DNA of 61,169 nt from an uncultured archaeon (GTDB lineage Archaea; Thermoproteota; Bathyarchaeia; Bathyarchaeales; DTEX01): positions 1 to 61,169 of the forward strand of contig CALKGV010000027.1 in the NCBI GenBank assembly GCA_938091805.1, given 5' to 3'. This document shows, in pieces, positions 9,632 through 19,573 of the stretch. Below the pieces are notes generated by a model. It searched no databases. It worked only from the letters and a program-made list of their open reading frames with translations, and was not told the origin of the DNA. The translations under genes and the position numbers were made by a program. Numbering within the stretch: the first letter of the stretch is position 1; every line of letters begins with the position of its first letter.

Positions 9632-10870
9632 ATGGTGAAAGGTGAACTGCCACGTCAACCGGAGATAAACATTGGCACCATAGGACATGTGGATCATGGC
9701 AAAACAACCTTAGTTGAAGCCATTACTGGAGTTTGGGCGTCTAGGCATAGCGAAGAGTTAAAGAGAGGGATCACCATAAAGCTAGGATATGCCGACACTG
9801 CGGTTTATAGATGCCCCGTATGCGAAAGCCCGCATAACTATTCGACAAGCGAAATATGCCCAAAATGCGGCTCCAAGGGGGAATTTGTCCGCGCCCTTAG
9901 TTTTGTTGATTCACCAGGCCATGAAGCCTTGATGGCAACTATGCTTTCCGGCGCAGCGGTCATGGATGGGGTCATACTGGTTATAGCTGCCGATGAGCCC
10001 TGTCCTCAACCTCAAACCAGCGAGCACCTTGCCGCAATAGAAATTGTAGGCATTAATAAAATAGTTATAGCTCAAACAAAAATAGATTTAGTTGATAGGA
10101 AGCGTGCGCTTGAAAGCTACAAGGAGATAGTTGATTTTACGAGGGGAACAATAGCGGAGGGGGCTCCAATAATCCCAGTGTCTCCGCTTCATTCAGTTAA
10201 CGTGGATCTGCTGCTTTATGCCCTAGAGAAATATATCCCCACGCCGCCCCGAGATCCAGCTAAGCCGCCGCGCATGTATGTGGTCCGATCGTTTGACGTT
10301 AACAAGCCTGGAACACCGATCGAAAATGTTGTTGGAGGCGTTATAGGAGGATCAATACTGCAGGGAAAATTTAGGGTCAACGATGAGATAGAGATACGCC
10401 CCGGGATCAGCCTATCCGGGGCAAGAGCCGCCTATGAGCCCTTATTTACAAAGATAACTAGCCTTCATGCTGGGGGAAGGTATGTTAATGAGGCTATGTG
10501 TGGCGGCTTAGTTGGCGTAGGCACCCTTCTAGATCCATCATTAACAAAGGCCGATGGACTGACTGGAAACACTGTAGGTAAACCCGGTATGCTTCCGCCG
10601 ATAAGATACGATCTAACCCTGGAGGTCCATCTTTTTGAACGAGTAATCGGAATGAGGGAGCAGATTGAGGTCAAAAATGTAAATTTAGGGGAATCTTTCC
10701 TATTGGATGTTGGAACAGCCATAACCACCGGAACCGTTACACATATTAAAAGCGAAAATGTGGAGATGAAACTTACACGTCCAGTTTGCGCGGAGGAGAA
10801 CTCAAGGATCGCAATAAGCCGGAGGATCTCAGGGAGATGGAGGCTCATCGGCTATGGAATAGTGAAATGA
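9632..10870 (+). CDS. eif2g: translation initiation factor aIF2 gamma
   Basis: GHVDHGKTT, DSPGHE and TKID GTPase motifs plus the internal Cys knuckle CPVC...CPKCG. Confidence 0.97.
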   Translation: MVKGELPRQPEINIGTIGHVDHGKTTLVEAITGVWASRHSEELKRGITIKLGYADTAVYRCPVCESPHNYSTSEICPKCGSKGEFVRALSFVDSPGHEALMATMLSGAAVMDGVILVIAADEPCPQPQTSEHLAAIEIVGINKIVIAQTKIDLVDRKRALESYKEIVDFTRGTIAEGAPIIPVSPLHSVNVDLLLYALEKYIPTPPRDPAKPPRMYVVRSFDVNKPGTPIENVVGGVIGGSILQGKFRVNDEIEIRPGISLSGARAAYEPLFTKITSLHAGGRYVNEAMCGGLVGVGTLLDPSLTKADGLTGNTVGKPGMLPPIRYDLTLEVHLFERVIGMREQIEVKNVNLGESFLLDVGTAITTGTVTHIKSENVEMKLTRPVCAEENSRIAISRRISGRWRLIGYGIVK

Positions 10871-11056
10871 GCAATATTAGATTAGCCGAGAAATCCAGCG
10901 TCAATACTTTTTGGGCAGAAGTACGCAGCCACACGTGCGCTCAAATTCTAATCCCTTTTCCAATTCCAACTTATGGCTGAAAATGATGCGGCTCCGAAAA
11001 ATAAATATCTTTTAATAAGCATCTAATAAATCCTTTAATGGAGGCTGAGTGACGAA

Positions 11057-11473
11057 TTGGGTGAAAATTTTATCCTAAGAATAGCCAGGGAAGAATGGTT
11101 TAGGCAAGTTTTCACGGTGATGAAGTATTACCCGGGAATTGTTAGGCGCTGGGAGCCAGGCGGCTTAATCTTCTTAGTCAAACGTACTGATAGGGGCGAC
11201 TCATTCGTGGGGTATGGTGTAACAAAGGAGTTTATCAAGAGAGAAGATCTCTCTGAGCATGAAAGAAGAGAATGCGAAAAGATGGGCTGGAAAGGAGCAA
11301 TAGTATTCAATGAGCTATACAGGTTCGATCCGCCCCTGCCAATTAAGGAGACAGCGCTAAGCAGCTTAAGAGCGAAGGGTAAATGCTGGCATGGATATCC
11401 GTTGACAGATGAGCAAATGCACTCAATACTGAATGCTGCTAAAGAGTTATGCGTCATTCAAAAAGTAGGCTGA
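11057..11473 (+). CDS. hypothetical protein
   Basis: A 138-aa ORF with a TTG start. I do not recognise any motif. Confidence 0.4.
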   Translation: MGENFILRIAREEWFRQVFTVMKYYPGIVRRWEPGGLIFLVKRTDRGDSFVGYGVTKEFIKREDLSEHERRECEKMGWKGAIVFNELYRFDPPLPIKETALSSLRAKGKCWHGYPLTDEQMHSILNAAKELCVIQKVG

Positions 11474-11484
11474 AGGCTTTAATA

Positions 11485-11850
11485 GTTGACACTCTCTCCA
11501 CGACTAAAGTCGGGAAATTCTTGCTTCTAAGGTCTTCATCGGTTGGCCGTTCATCGCCCTTTTAGGCTCCCACCTCAACCCCTTCCATCTTAGAAGCAAA
11601 GGGTATGCCACTACCCCCGTTAACGGCTTCCACGGAGTGAATGCCCCGAGCAAGCCCTATATTCAGCTTGCTGGAACCTTCCTGCCCATTTCAGTCCGGA
11701 GCCTCATTCCAGCCTTTGGACATCCAGGCCACATTTCGAGCGACCCGCGCAAAACATAGTGCGGATGGGACTCGTATAAACCTATCGCCAATTCATCCCA
11801 GAACTAAAGTTCCAGGCTTTCTTGTCGAATTTTACTGTAAGTAACCCCCT
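11485..11850 (-). ncRNA. GC-rich structured RNA candidate, class unresolved (RNase P RNA or SRP RNA are the obvious candidates)
   Basis: The stretch is free of credible ORFs and visibly richer in G+C than its flanks (32/60 counted in line 11521-11580). It holds a perfect 11-bp helix (ttgcttctaag 11521-11531 with cttagaagcaa 11589-11599) and hairpins agcaagc/gcttgct and gggta/taccc. Long-range pairing of cgac+aaagtcggg (11501-11514) with ccaggcttt..gtcg (11812-11827) closes the domain. The minus strand is G-rich and turns several mismatches into G-U pairs, but the strand call is not secure. Confidence 0.5.
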
Positions 11851-11874
11851 AAAAGTGGGTAATAAACAATGTAT

Positions 11875-12411
11875 TTAAAAACTTTCATAGTGCACTATTT
11901 CCCTAAGCGCCCTTTTATGAGGCGGGCTTGGCTTCTCGGCTGGATGACCAATAGGTATTATTGCAACAGGCCTTAAACCTCTTGGCATTTTCAATATTCT
12001 CCCAACTTCATCCTCATAGAATGCGCCAACCCAGCATGCTCCTAAGCCGAGCGCGCATGCTGCCAAGAGCATATTTTCAATGGCCGCCGCAGTATCCTGT
12101 ATGCAATACAGTTTTGCTCCCCGACTCCCATAGGTCCAGCTGGATCTAACCTCATCTGCGCAGACAACTATTACGACTGGCGCTTTCTCTATGAATGCCT
12201 GGTTTAGGGCGGCTTTAGCAATTTCCTTTTTAGTTTCAGGCTTTCTAATTATGATGAACTCCCATGGCTGGATATTTCCAGCTGAAGGAGCCCATCTGGC
12301 GGCTTCAAGAATCTTCTCAAGGTCCTCGTTTGATATATCCTCAGACGTGAAGGAACGTATGCTCCTTCTAGATTTGAAAAGGTCAAATATATCCAGTCTC
12401 AGATCCTCCAA
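11875..12411 (-). CDS. nitroreductase-family FMN oxidoreductase
   Basis: RRSIRSF...PSAGNIQPWEFIII motifs. Confidence 0.85.
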   Translation of the reverse strand: MEDLRLDIFDLFKSRRSIRSFTSEDISNEDLEKILEAARWAPSAGNIQPWEFIIIRKPETKKEIAKAALNQAFIEKAPVVIVVCADEVRSSWTYGSRGAKLYCIQDTAAAIENMLLAACALGLGACWVGAFYEDEVGRILKMPRGLRPVAIIPIGHPAEKPSPPHKRALREIVHYESF

Positions 12412-12530
12412 ATATTGCTAATAAATTTTTCTTACTTGGAGAATATATGCATGTCGACTTGCAATATCTCCTCATGTTAGAAACCCTATTATTTATTCCT
12501 AAACCACTTAGGCTCTAGGATGGTGATACA

Positions 12531-13139
12531 TTGACGAATGATTTTTCGGAAAGATGGAATGGTGAAAGAGGCGGATTGAAGGGCGCGCTTCATCCAATTA
12601 AGCCTCTGAAAAACCAGATGAACAAGGCTATTATGGGCCTTGAGCGTCAAGCGAATAAGGTAAGCGGCTACATTGAGCATTATGCAAAGCGCGAGGAAGA
12701 ACTAATGGAGAGGCTTATCAAAGCCTACGAAGCACGCAATGAAACCAAAGCGAAGCAGATTGCTGAGGAGCTCGCTGAATTGCGTAAACATAAACTCATG
12801 TTAATAAATTCCGAGTTATCTCTAAACATGGCTTTACTTAGGCTCCGCACAGTATATGAATTTGGGAATTTTATGTCTGTTGTGGGCTCCGCGAAAGAAA
12901 CCGTGCAGAAGGTGCGTTCGAAAATTCTTAATTTAGCTCCTGATGTAAGCTATGAGCTGAACAAGGTTGAAGCTACACTTAATGATTTGATGCTGGAGGC
13001 TGACCGGGATTTTAATTTAAACTTAAATTTTGATACGGTGGGTGAGGAGGCGGAAGAAATTTTAAGGGAGGCATCTATGCTTGTTGAGAGCGGGGTGAAA
13101 AGAAAGTTTCCGTTTTCTCCAGATGAGAAGAACAAATAA
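12531..13139 (+). CDS. cdvB: ESCRT-III / Snf7-family protein (CdvB-like)
   Basis: About 200 aa and all-helical, with a Snf7-like hairpin pattern (KAYEARNETKAKQIAEELAELRKHK...) and an acidic C-terminus. The TTG start is preceded by GGTGAT. Confidence 0.6.
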   Translation: MTNDFSERWNGERGGLKGALHPIKPLKNQMNKAIMGLERQANKVSGYIEHYAKREEELMERLIKAYEARNETKAKQIAEELAELRKHKLMLINSELSLNMALLRLRTVYEFGNFMSVVGSAKETVQKVRSKILNLAPDVSYELNKVEATLNDLMLEADRDFNLNLNFDTVGEEAEEILREASMLVESGVKRKFPFSPDEKNK

Positions 13140-13158
13140 GGGCTGTGAACGGCACATT

Positions 13159-13668
13159 TTATATTGTCATTTCTATCTCACTTATGCTTCCTGCGTCAAG
13201 GCTACATATGTCTTCTATCTCGTAAACATTATCGTTCATGTCCGTTATAACGATTCTATTACCTATTTGCATAACGCTCATCCTTCCTCTAGTTTTAAAT
13301 TTTCTTGGACCTTTATCGGTTAATACATTCCATAAAAATTCATCTCCGCTAGTCTCGATTTTCTCAATTTTTAAAATTCGCGGGATAAAGTAGATTTTAT
13401 CTAAGAGCGCTTTTAGGTTTCTCATCGATTCCTCATCCAGTTCCTTATAGTTCTTTAATATGCATAAGTCTATGCCATAGGTATCCCTGAATATTATGAA
13501 CTCCGGACATGTTATTGGAAAAGGCTTCGCTGGCATAAGCCCGGATAGAACTTTTCCATCAACAACTATTCTGAGAGCATCATCGTGCTCGTCAAATAGC
13601 ACCTTCACCTTCTTCGGATCTAGAATATTAAGGCTCTTCAAGAAATCAGATAATGGCATCCTTCTCAC
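13159..13668 (-). CDS. DUF1854-like protein, partner of the upstream ABC exporter
   Basis: A 169-aa ORF overlapping the ABC gene stop by 4 nt. I recognise the family only by recollection of its overall pattern. Confidence 0.5.
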   Translation of the reverse strand: MRRMPLSDFLKSLNILDPKKVKVLFDEHDDALRIVVDGKVLSGLMPAKPFPITCPEFIIFRDTYGIDLCILKNYKELDEESMRNLKALLDKIYFIPRILKIEKIETSGDEFLWNVLTDKGPRKFKTRGRMSVMQIGNRIVITDMNDNVYEIEDICSLDAGSISEIEMTI

Positions 13669-15833
13669 CTCTTAATGGCGCCCACCATGATGGCTTCTTC
13701 CGTAAATTGAGCCCTATAAAGCTGACTGTATAACCCGCCGGACTTCATGAGTTCCTCATGTGTGCCAACCTCAACGATTTTGCCCTTATCCATGACGACT
13801 ATTCTATCGGCGTTCTGTAGGGTTGACAATCTATGCGCAATTATAATGGTTGTTCTGCCCTTAGCGAGGTTCTCCATTGCCTCCTGAATCTTTTTCTCAG
13901 TTAAAGTATCGACCGAAGAGGTTGCCTCGTCAAGTATCAATATTTTAGGCTCAGTTAATATGGTTCTCGCTATTGCAACGCGCTGTCTCTCACCGCCAGA
14001 AAGCCTCCATCCTCTATCACCAACATTCGTGTCGTAGGCTAAAGGCTGATTCATGGCGAATTCATGGACATTCGCGGCTTTTCCGGCGGCAACTATCTCC
14101 TCCGGCGTTGCTTCCTGCTTACCATAAGCAATGTTGTAGGCTATTGAACCATAGAATAATGTGGGGTCCTGCAGAACTAGACCTATTTGAGATCTTAAAC
14201 ATTTGAGTTTTATCTTTCTTATGTCAACACCATCAATATATATGGCTCCCTCAGTTGGATCATAGAAGCGCAACAGCAGCTTAGTTAATGTTGTTTTTCC
14301 CGATCCGCTTGGTCCAACTATGCCTATTTTTTCCCCAGGCTTGATCTCAAGATCTATATTGCTCAATACTGGAACATAGGGGTTGTATCCGAAACTTACA
14401 TTCTTAAATGTTATCGCCCCATTAAAGGTGAATTCTACAGCATCAGGAGCATCTTTAATGTCCGGCTCAACTTGCATTATTTCCAAAATCCTCTCGCTTG
14501 ATGTGAGCGATGATTGTAGGGGTTCAAAGAGATTGCTTATGGTTTGTATGGGGCCATAGAACATGCCCATGTAGCTTACAAACGCTATCAGCGAACCAAA
14601 CGTTATCTGCTCCTCCAGCACCTCGTGTCCACCAATCCACCAAACGATAGCTGTGCCGGTTGATATTGAAAAGCCTAGTAGCGGAAAGAACTTTATGTGA
14701 AGCAATGTAATTTTAAGGTTTGCTTTAACAAGATTACTCATCCTTTCAATAAGCCTTTTTAGCTCAAACTTTTCTTGAGTGAATGTTTTAACAACAATTA
14801 TCCCCGGAATCGTATCCCATAAGAGTGAACTTACATCAGCCCATCTGCGCCAAGCCTTATGATAAACTTTATGCGATCTCTTTCTGAATAGCGGTATGCC
14901 GACAACAATTATGGGTATAGGTAATAGCGCAAAAAGGGCTAGGTTTAAATTCATCGAGAATATTATTACACCAATTCCTATTATCTGCAAAGTGCTTGTG
15001 ATCAGCGTTTGGGTCCCCCACGTTAAAAACCACTGGACCCTTCCAACATCATCTGTAACTCTTGTCATAACACGTCCAGAAGTCATTCTATCATAGAAAG
15101 CGAGAGACAGCACTTGTAGGTGCTCATAAATTTTTATTCTCATGTTATAAATTATTCTCTGCCCAAGATAGGATAGGGTGTAGTTTTGAGCAGCGCCTAA
15201 ACCCGCATTAAGCGCATAGACCGATATGAAGGCTATCACAATATAGGTGAGCATGCTGATGTTTCTTTTAGCAAAAACATCATCAAGGAGAATTTTCATG
15301 AGGTATGGCGGTGTTAAGTTTAGGGCTGTAATAGACAGCGATAGTATTACCGCTAGGATCACATAGTGAATGTGGGGTTTTAAGAAACCTATTAGCCAAA
15401 GAAGAGCCTGAGTCTTTTTCACATCGCTCTTTTTAACTAACAATTCTTCTAGAACTCTCGAGTCTACGTTTTCAGGGCTCAATTCTTTTTTAGCAATTTT
15501 ATCTATGATCTTAGCCATGTTATAAAAGCTATCTAAATATTCACGGGAAAAGCGTATTGTGCTTCTGAATCCACTATAGGTCTCCAGAATTAGCTCAGAG
15601 TTGCCGATGTAGTCTTTAACGAACGCTGAGCGGATCTCGCTTAATGGAACTCGCTCGATGCTTTTTGTTATCGGGTTCAAAATTATAATTTCATCCCTAG
15701 TTAAGATAAGCCATCTTTCACCGAAATTTCCATTTTCATCAATATCGCTTGAAACATAATGGATGATTTCTTCCTCATTGAGAAGCGATTTTATTAAATT
15801 CATCCTGTTTAAAGTCCATTTTTCATCCGTCAA
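13665..15833 (-). CDS. fused ABC exporter (6-TM permease + ATPase) with an N-terminal extension of about 140 aa
   Basis: Walker A GPSGSGKTT, signature LSGGERQRV and Walker B ILILDEATS, with a type-I exporter TMD. The N-terminal soluble extension (WLILTRDEIIILNP...) looks PH-like. Confidence 0.9.
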   Translation of the reverse strand: MTDEKWTLNRMNLIKSLLNEEEIIHYVSSDIDENGNFGERWLILTRDEIIILNPITKSIERVPLSEIRSAFVKDYIGNSELILETYSGFRSTIRFSREYLDSFYNMAKIIDKIAKKELSPENVDSRVLEELLVKKSDVKKTQALLWLIGFLKPHIHYVILAVILSLSITALNLTPPYLMKILLDDVFAKRNISMLTYIVIAFISVYALNAGLGAAQNYTLSYLGQRIIYNMRIKIYEHLQVLSLAFYDRMTSGRVMTRVTDDVGRVQWFLTWGTQTLITSTLQIIGIGVIIFSMNLNLALFALLPIPIIVVGIPLFRKRSHKVYHKAWRRWADVSSLLWDTIPGIIVVKTFTQEKFELKRLIERMSNLVKANLKITLLHIKFFPLLGFSISTGTAIVWWIGGHEVLEEQITFGSLIAFVSYMGMFYGPIQTISNLFEPLQSSLTSSERILEIMQVEPDIKDAPDAVEFTFNGAITFKNVSFGYNPYVPVLSNIDLEIKPGEKIGIVGPSGSGKTTLTKLLLRFYDPTEGAIYIDGVDIRKIKLKCLRSQIGLVLQDPTLFYGSIAYNIAYGKQEATPEEIVAAGKAANVHEFAMNQPLAYDTNVGDRGWRLSGGERQRVAIARTILTEPKILILDEATSSVDTLTEKKIQEAMENLAKGRTTIIIAHRLSTLQNADRIVVMDKGKIVEVGTHEELMKSGGLYSQLYRAQFTEEAIMVGAIKR

Positions 15834-16074
15834 TTGCCATATTTTCCTCCTCTAGGAGGAGCTGTACTTTTGATGAATAACAAATCTTAGTAATAAGTTT
15901 TCTCATCAATTAAACAGTATTCATATTACTGGTTTAATCTTCATAGCCCAATCTTAACTCTGCTTTTAAATTAGGTCTCATTATCTTCTTTTAAATTAAT
16001 CCGCAAGTTTAAAAGTAACATTACTAAATCTTTTCTAGGAAAAGAAACTAATGTAAAAGTGTGGGGAAGCAGGC

Positions 16075-17073
16075 GTGAAATATCGTGTTTTAGGGAGAAC
16101 GGGTTTGATGGTCTCTGAGTTAGGTATCGGTGGACATGAATATAGGCGGCCTCTTCCAACAACGCTTTCTAAATGGGGAGAGATGGACATGGGGAAGTTT
16201 GCGTCGACGCAGCCCATGAGAAACGAGATTGTCAAGAGGGCTGTAGAGGCTGGAATAAACTACTTTGATACAACGCATATGGAGGAGGTTATGTCGCTAG
16301 GTAACGCCCTAAAATTCCTTGGAATTGAAAGAGAGAAGATTTACATTGCCGCTATGATAGTCTTTCCATTCAGAAAGATGGGGGAGAACCCTAGATCTAA
16401 ATGGGTGGATATCATCAAGGACGGGATGGAGAGAATCCTAAATGCTTTACACACAATCTACGTTGACATTTTCAATCTACATTTCCCAGAGAATGATTAC
16501 TCAAGGGAGAAATTCAGCGTCTTCATGAACATTGTTGCAGAAGCGAAGAAGGAAGGCAAAGTGAGATGGATAGGTGCCTCAAGCCATGAGCCTCGATTTT
16601 TAGCTGAACTCATAAGAAAATATGACTGTTTTGATGTAATAATGGTGAGATACAATTATCACCTTCAGGAGGCTAGAGACGTTCTTTTCCCGCTTTGTAG
16701 GGCGATGGAAATCGGCGTGGTCGCAATGAAACCCTTTTGCTGGCCCTATTATGGGATACCGTTCATAAAGTTTGGGCCTGTTAAGGGAGAGGAGGGAAGC
16801 CCATATACGCCAGCTCAGCTATGCCTAAAATGGATTCTTAAGTCTCCAGAGATCTCAACAGTTGTGCCATCAATGAACAGTCTAAATGAGCTGGAGGAGA
16901 ATTTAGATGGGATATCGAAAGAGGGAAAGATAGATGAGAAAATATTAAGCGAATACTTGAATGCGGCTACAGGTCCAGAGGCGAAGGAAAAACTTAAGAA
17001 AATGATGAGCGACCCAAACATTGATATAAGGTTCTTCGCTGAGAGAGCCTTATCTGAGATGGGAGCAAGATAA
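16075..17073 (+). CDS. aldo/keto reductase
   Basis: MKYRVLGRTGLMVSELGIGG is a typical AKR N-terminus. The start is GTG. Confidence 0.85.
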   Translation: MKYRVLGRTGLMVSELGIGGHEYRRPLPTTLSKWGEMDMGKFASTQPMRNEIVKRAVEAGINYFDTTHMEEVMSLGNALKFLGIEREKIYIAAMIVFPFRKMGENPRSKWVDIIKDGMERILNALHTIYVDIFNLHFPENDYSREKFSVFMNIVAEAKKEGKVRWIGASSHEPRFLAELIRKYDCFDVIMVRYNYHLQEARDVLFPLCRAMEIGVVAMKPFCWPYYGIPFIKFGPVKGEEGSPYTPAQLCLKWILKSPEISTVVPSMNSLNELEENLDGISKEGKIDEKILSEYLNAATGPEAKEKLKKMMSDPNIDIRFFAERALSEMGAR

Positions 17074-17224
17074 GTTTCTTAAAAAGAAGATGGAAGGTTG
17101 AAGATTACTCGCCAACGCATCATCATACCTTAAGGGGCATACACCTCGTCTCAAGAAATTCTTATTGGTGAAGTCCAGACCATAATGAAGTGTTTATAAA
17201 AATTCTTATATTTTTTAGCCGCTT

Positions 17225-18238
17225 ATGCTAGGCTTGGTGTCCGCCTTGGAGAGATTAAAGGTTGGTTTCATAGGCTGTGGTGGAATAGCTTCGGCTCACG
17301 CTGAGAGACTTAAAGGCGTGAAAGAGGTGCGTATGGTGGCATTCGCTGATGTGGCTGAAGATAGGGCGAAACTGTTCTCCTCCGAGTATGGTGGAAGACC
17401 CTACAAAGATTGGCGTGAAATGCTGGATAGAGAGAACCTGGACATTGTTTATATTTGTCTACCGCCATTCGCCCATACGGATGAGGTTATGGTGGCGGCG
17501 GAGAAGGGCATTAACATATTTATTGAGAAACCCATCGCTCTAGATATGGATCTTGCGAAGCGTATGGTGAGGTCCGTGGAGAAAAGCGGGGTTAAGAGTC
17601 AAGTTGGCTATAATTGCAGGTTCGGGTATGCCATTGAAGAAACTAAAAGGCTTATACAGAACGGTGAAGCTGGCGATGCTGGGCTTTTTCTAGGAATGTA
17701 TTGGTGCCATTTTATGAGGTGGGACTGGTGGAAGGATAGGAGTAAAAGCGGCGGGCAGCTCGTTGAGCAATCCACGCATGTCTATGACATTGCCCGATAC
17801 CTCTGCGGCGAAGTTGATGTTGTCTATGGTCAGATGAACCGCAAATTCTGGAAGGATTCGCCAGACATAACAATAGAGGATTTAAGCAGCGTAACCTTCA
17901 AATTTAAGTCCGGCGCCCTAGGCGCCATAACAGCAACTCTCTGGGGTGCTTATGGGCAATGGTGGCTCAGATGGCATCTGGTGACAAAAAATTATACTAT
18001 TGAATCTAGAGACACGAATACTCTAACGTTGTATTCGACAAGTCCTCCCCAAAAGACCGTAACCGTCTATGAGGAGAGAGATACGTATCTTCTTGAGGCA
18101 AAAGATTTAGTTAAGGCGATTCTGGAAGATAAAAGCACTAGAACGCCTATAGAAGAGGGGGCGAAAACCTTAGAGTTCACATTGGCAGCGGTTAAATCCA
18201 TGGAGACAGGAAAACCAACCGCTTTACCGCTAGGCTAA
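17225..18238 (+). CDS. Gfo/Idh/MocA-family NAD(P) oxidoreductase
   Basis: Rossmann motif VGFIGCGGIA and the EKP motif (IFIEKPIA). Confidence 0.85.
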   Translation: MLGLVSALERLKVGFIGCGGIASAHAERLKGVKEVRMVAFADVAEDRAKLFSSEYGGRPYKDWREMLDRENLDIVYICLPPFAHTDEVMVAAEKGINIFIEKPIALDMDLAKRMVRSVEKSGVKSQVGYNCRFGYAIEETKRLIQNGEAGDAGLFLGMYWCHFMRWDWWKDRSKSGGQLVEQSTHVYDIARYLCGEVDVVYGQMNRKFWKDSPDITIEDLSSVTFKFKSGALGAITATLWGAYGQWWLRWHLVTKNYTIESRDTNTLTLYSTSPPQKTVTVYEERDTYLLEAKDLVKAILEDKSTRTPIEEGAKTLEFTLAAVKSMETGKPTALPLG

Positions 18239-18265
18239 AAAGGTTCTCGGCAAGGATGTGAGAGA

Positions 18266-19066
18266 TTGAAGCGAGGGGTTAACGCGTGGATTTATCCCTC
18301 AAGTTTCAAATTTGAGAATGTGCTGCAAGTTTCGAGGAACATTGGATTTGACGGCGTAGAGCTTAACCTGGATGAAGAGATGCTGAAGATCGATAAAAGG
18401 GGAAGAGGCGAGATAGCTGATTTGGCTAAATCTCTCGGTTTAGAGTTGCCAAGTCTTTGCACTGGATTATTCTGGAAATATAATCTTGCAAGTCCAGACG
18501 CGAATATAAGGAAGAAAGGCGTAGAATTAATAAAGCAGGGGTGTGGTTTCGCCGCAGATATAAACGCCTCAATCTTTCTAGTGGTTCCTGGTGTTGCCAC
18601 CCCTGAAATCTCCTATCAAGACTTGTGGAAGCTTTCCAAGGAAAGCATTTTAGAGGCTGCTAAGACGGCTGAAGAGTATGGCGTAATAATAGGTGTTGAA
18701 AATGTGTGGAATAGATTTCTTTATAGTCCATTGGAGTTTCGAAGTTTCATCGAGGAGATTGGACATCCGAACGTTAAGGTTTATTTTGATGTTGGAAACG
18801 CTTTCTTTCTAGGTCATCTGGAGCATTGGATAAGGCATTTAGCCGACCTAATCGTCTGCGTACATATTAAAGATTTTCAGATGTCGACGATGCAATTTAA
18901 GCCTCTATTTCAAGGAGATATATCATGGCCTCGAGTCATGAAAGCCCTCAGCGAAGTAGGCTATAGAGGATTCTTAAATGTTGAATTAGGTCCTTATTTA
19001 GGGCATCCATTGAAGGCTGCCATGGACTCGAAGACAGCGTTGGATATAATGCTCAGCATGGTGTAA
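18266..19066 (+). CDS. sugar phosphate isomerase/epimerase (xylose-isomerase-like TIM barrel)
   Basis: GFDGVEL, GVENVWN, FDVGNA and VHIKD blocks. Confidence 0.8.
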   Translation: MKRGVNAWIYPSSFKFENVLQVSRNIGFDGVELNLDEEMLKIDKRGRGEIADLAKSLGLELPSLCTGLFWKYNLASPDANIRKKGVELIKQGCGFAADINASIFLVVPGVATPEISYQDLWKLSKESILEAAKTAEEYGVIIGVENVWNRFLYSPLEFRSFIEEIGHPNVKVYFDVGNAFFLGHLEHWIRHLADLIVCVHIKDFQMSTMQFKPLFQGDISWPRVMKALSEVGYRGFLNVELGPYLGHPLKAAMDSKTALDIMLSMV

Positions 19067-19236
19067 GGGGACGCCCACTTTATTTCTGCCACAATATGGA
19101 AATAGTATTTCTAAGCGTCTTCATGTTTAAGCTTAATCTTAAAAATTCCACATTTTCTCTTATAACACCGTAAGATATTTATTTGGTTGAGTTGCAATAG
19201 TGCATGAAATATGACTAGGGAGTGAGGCGGTAAATC

Positions 19237-19512
19237 TTGTCAGAAAGCAACTCTGTGCTAATTGGGCGAAAACCAGTAATGAACTACGTGCTGGCCTGCA
19301 TAACGTTATTCCACGGCGGAGCGAAGGAAGTAAACATTAAGGCTAGAGGGCGAGCAATAAGCAGAGCCGTCGATGTTGCAGAGATTATCCGAAGGAAATT
19401 CCTGTCAGACGTCAAGGTAAGAAACATTGACATAGGCACTGAGCAAGTTCAATCTAGTAATAGGAATGCTCCGACAAACGTTAGTACAATAGAGATAACG
19501 CTGGTTCGCTGA
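19237..19512 (+). CDS. albA: DNA/RNA-binding protein Alba
   Basis: [14 protein letters not shown]....[23 protein letters not shown]. Confidence 0.92.
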   Translation: MSESNSVLIGRKPVMNYVLACITLFHGGAKEVNIKARGRAISRAVDVAEIIRRKFLSDVKVRNIDIGTEQVQSSNRNAPTNVSTIEITLVR

Positions 19513-19541
19513 ATCGTTTAGATGATGCGGTGCTCCGCCGC

Positions 19542-19562
19542 CCCTCCTCTATTTTTGGAGGG
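19542..19562 (+). terminator. hairpin plus oligo-T downstream of albA
   Basis: ccctcc / ggaggg stem with a T5 run (19552-19556), 30 nt after the albA stop. Confidence 0.35.
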
Positions 19563-19573
19563 ATCAGAGGAAG

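Noticed and set aside
10990-11052. Possible C/D-box sRNA (ATGATGC ... CTGA, about 58 nt apart).
   Set aside because: The C box is imperfect, no internal D'/C' boxes are present, and the would-be guide regions are A/T-rich low complexity.
11641-11844. 67-aa ORF inside the GC-rich island.
   Set aside because: The composition is Pro/Ser/Arg-rich and unlike a protein, there is no start context, and the region folds into extensive helices. I treat it as part of an RNA gene.
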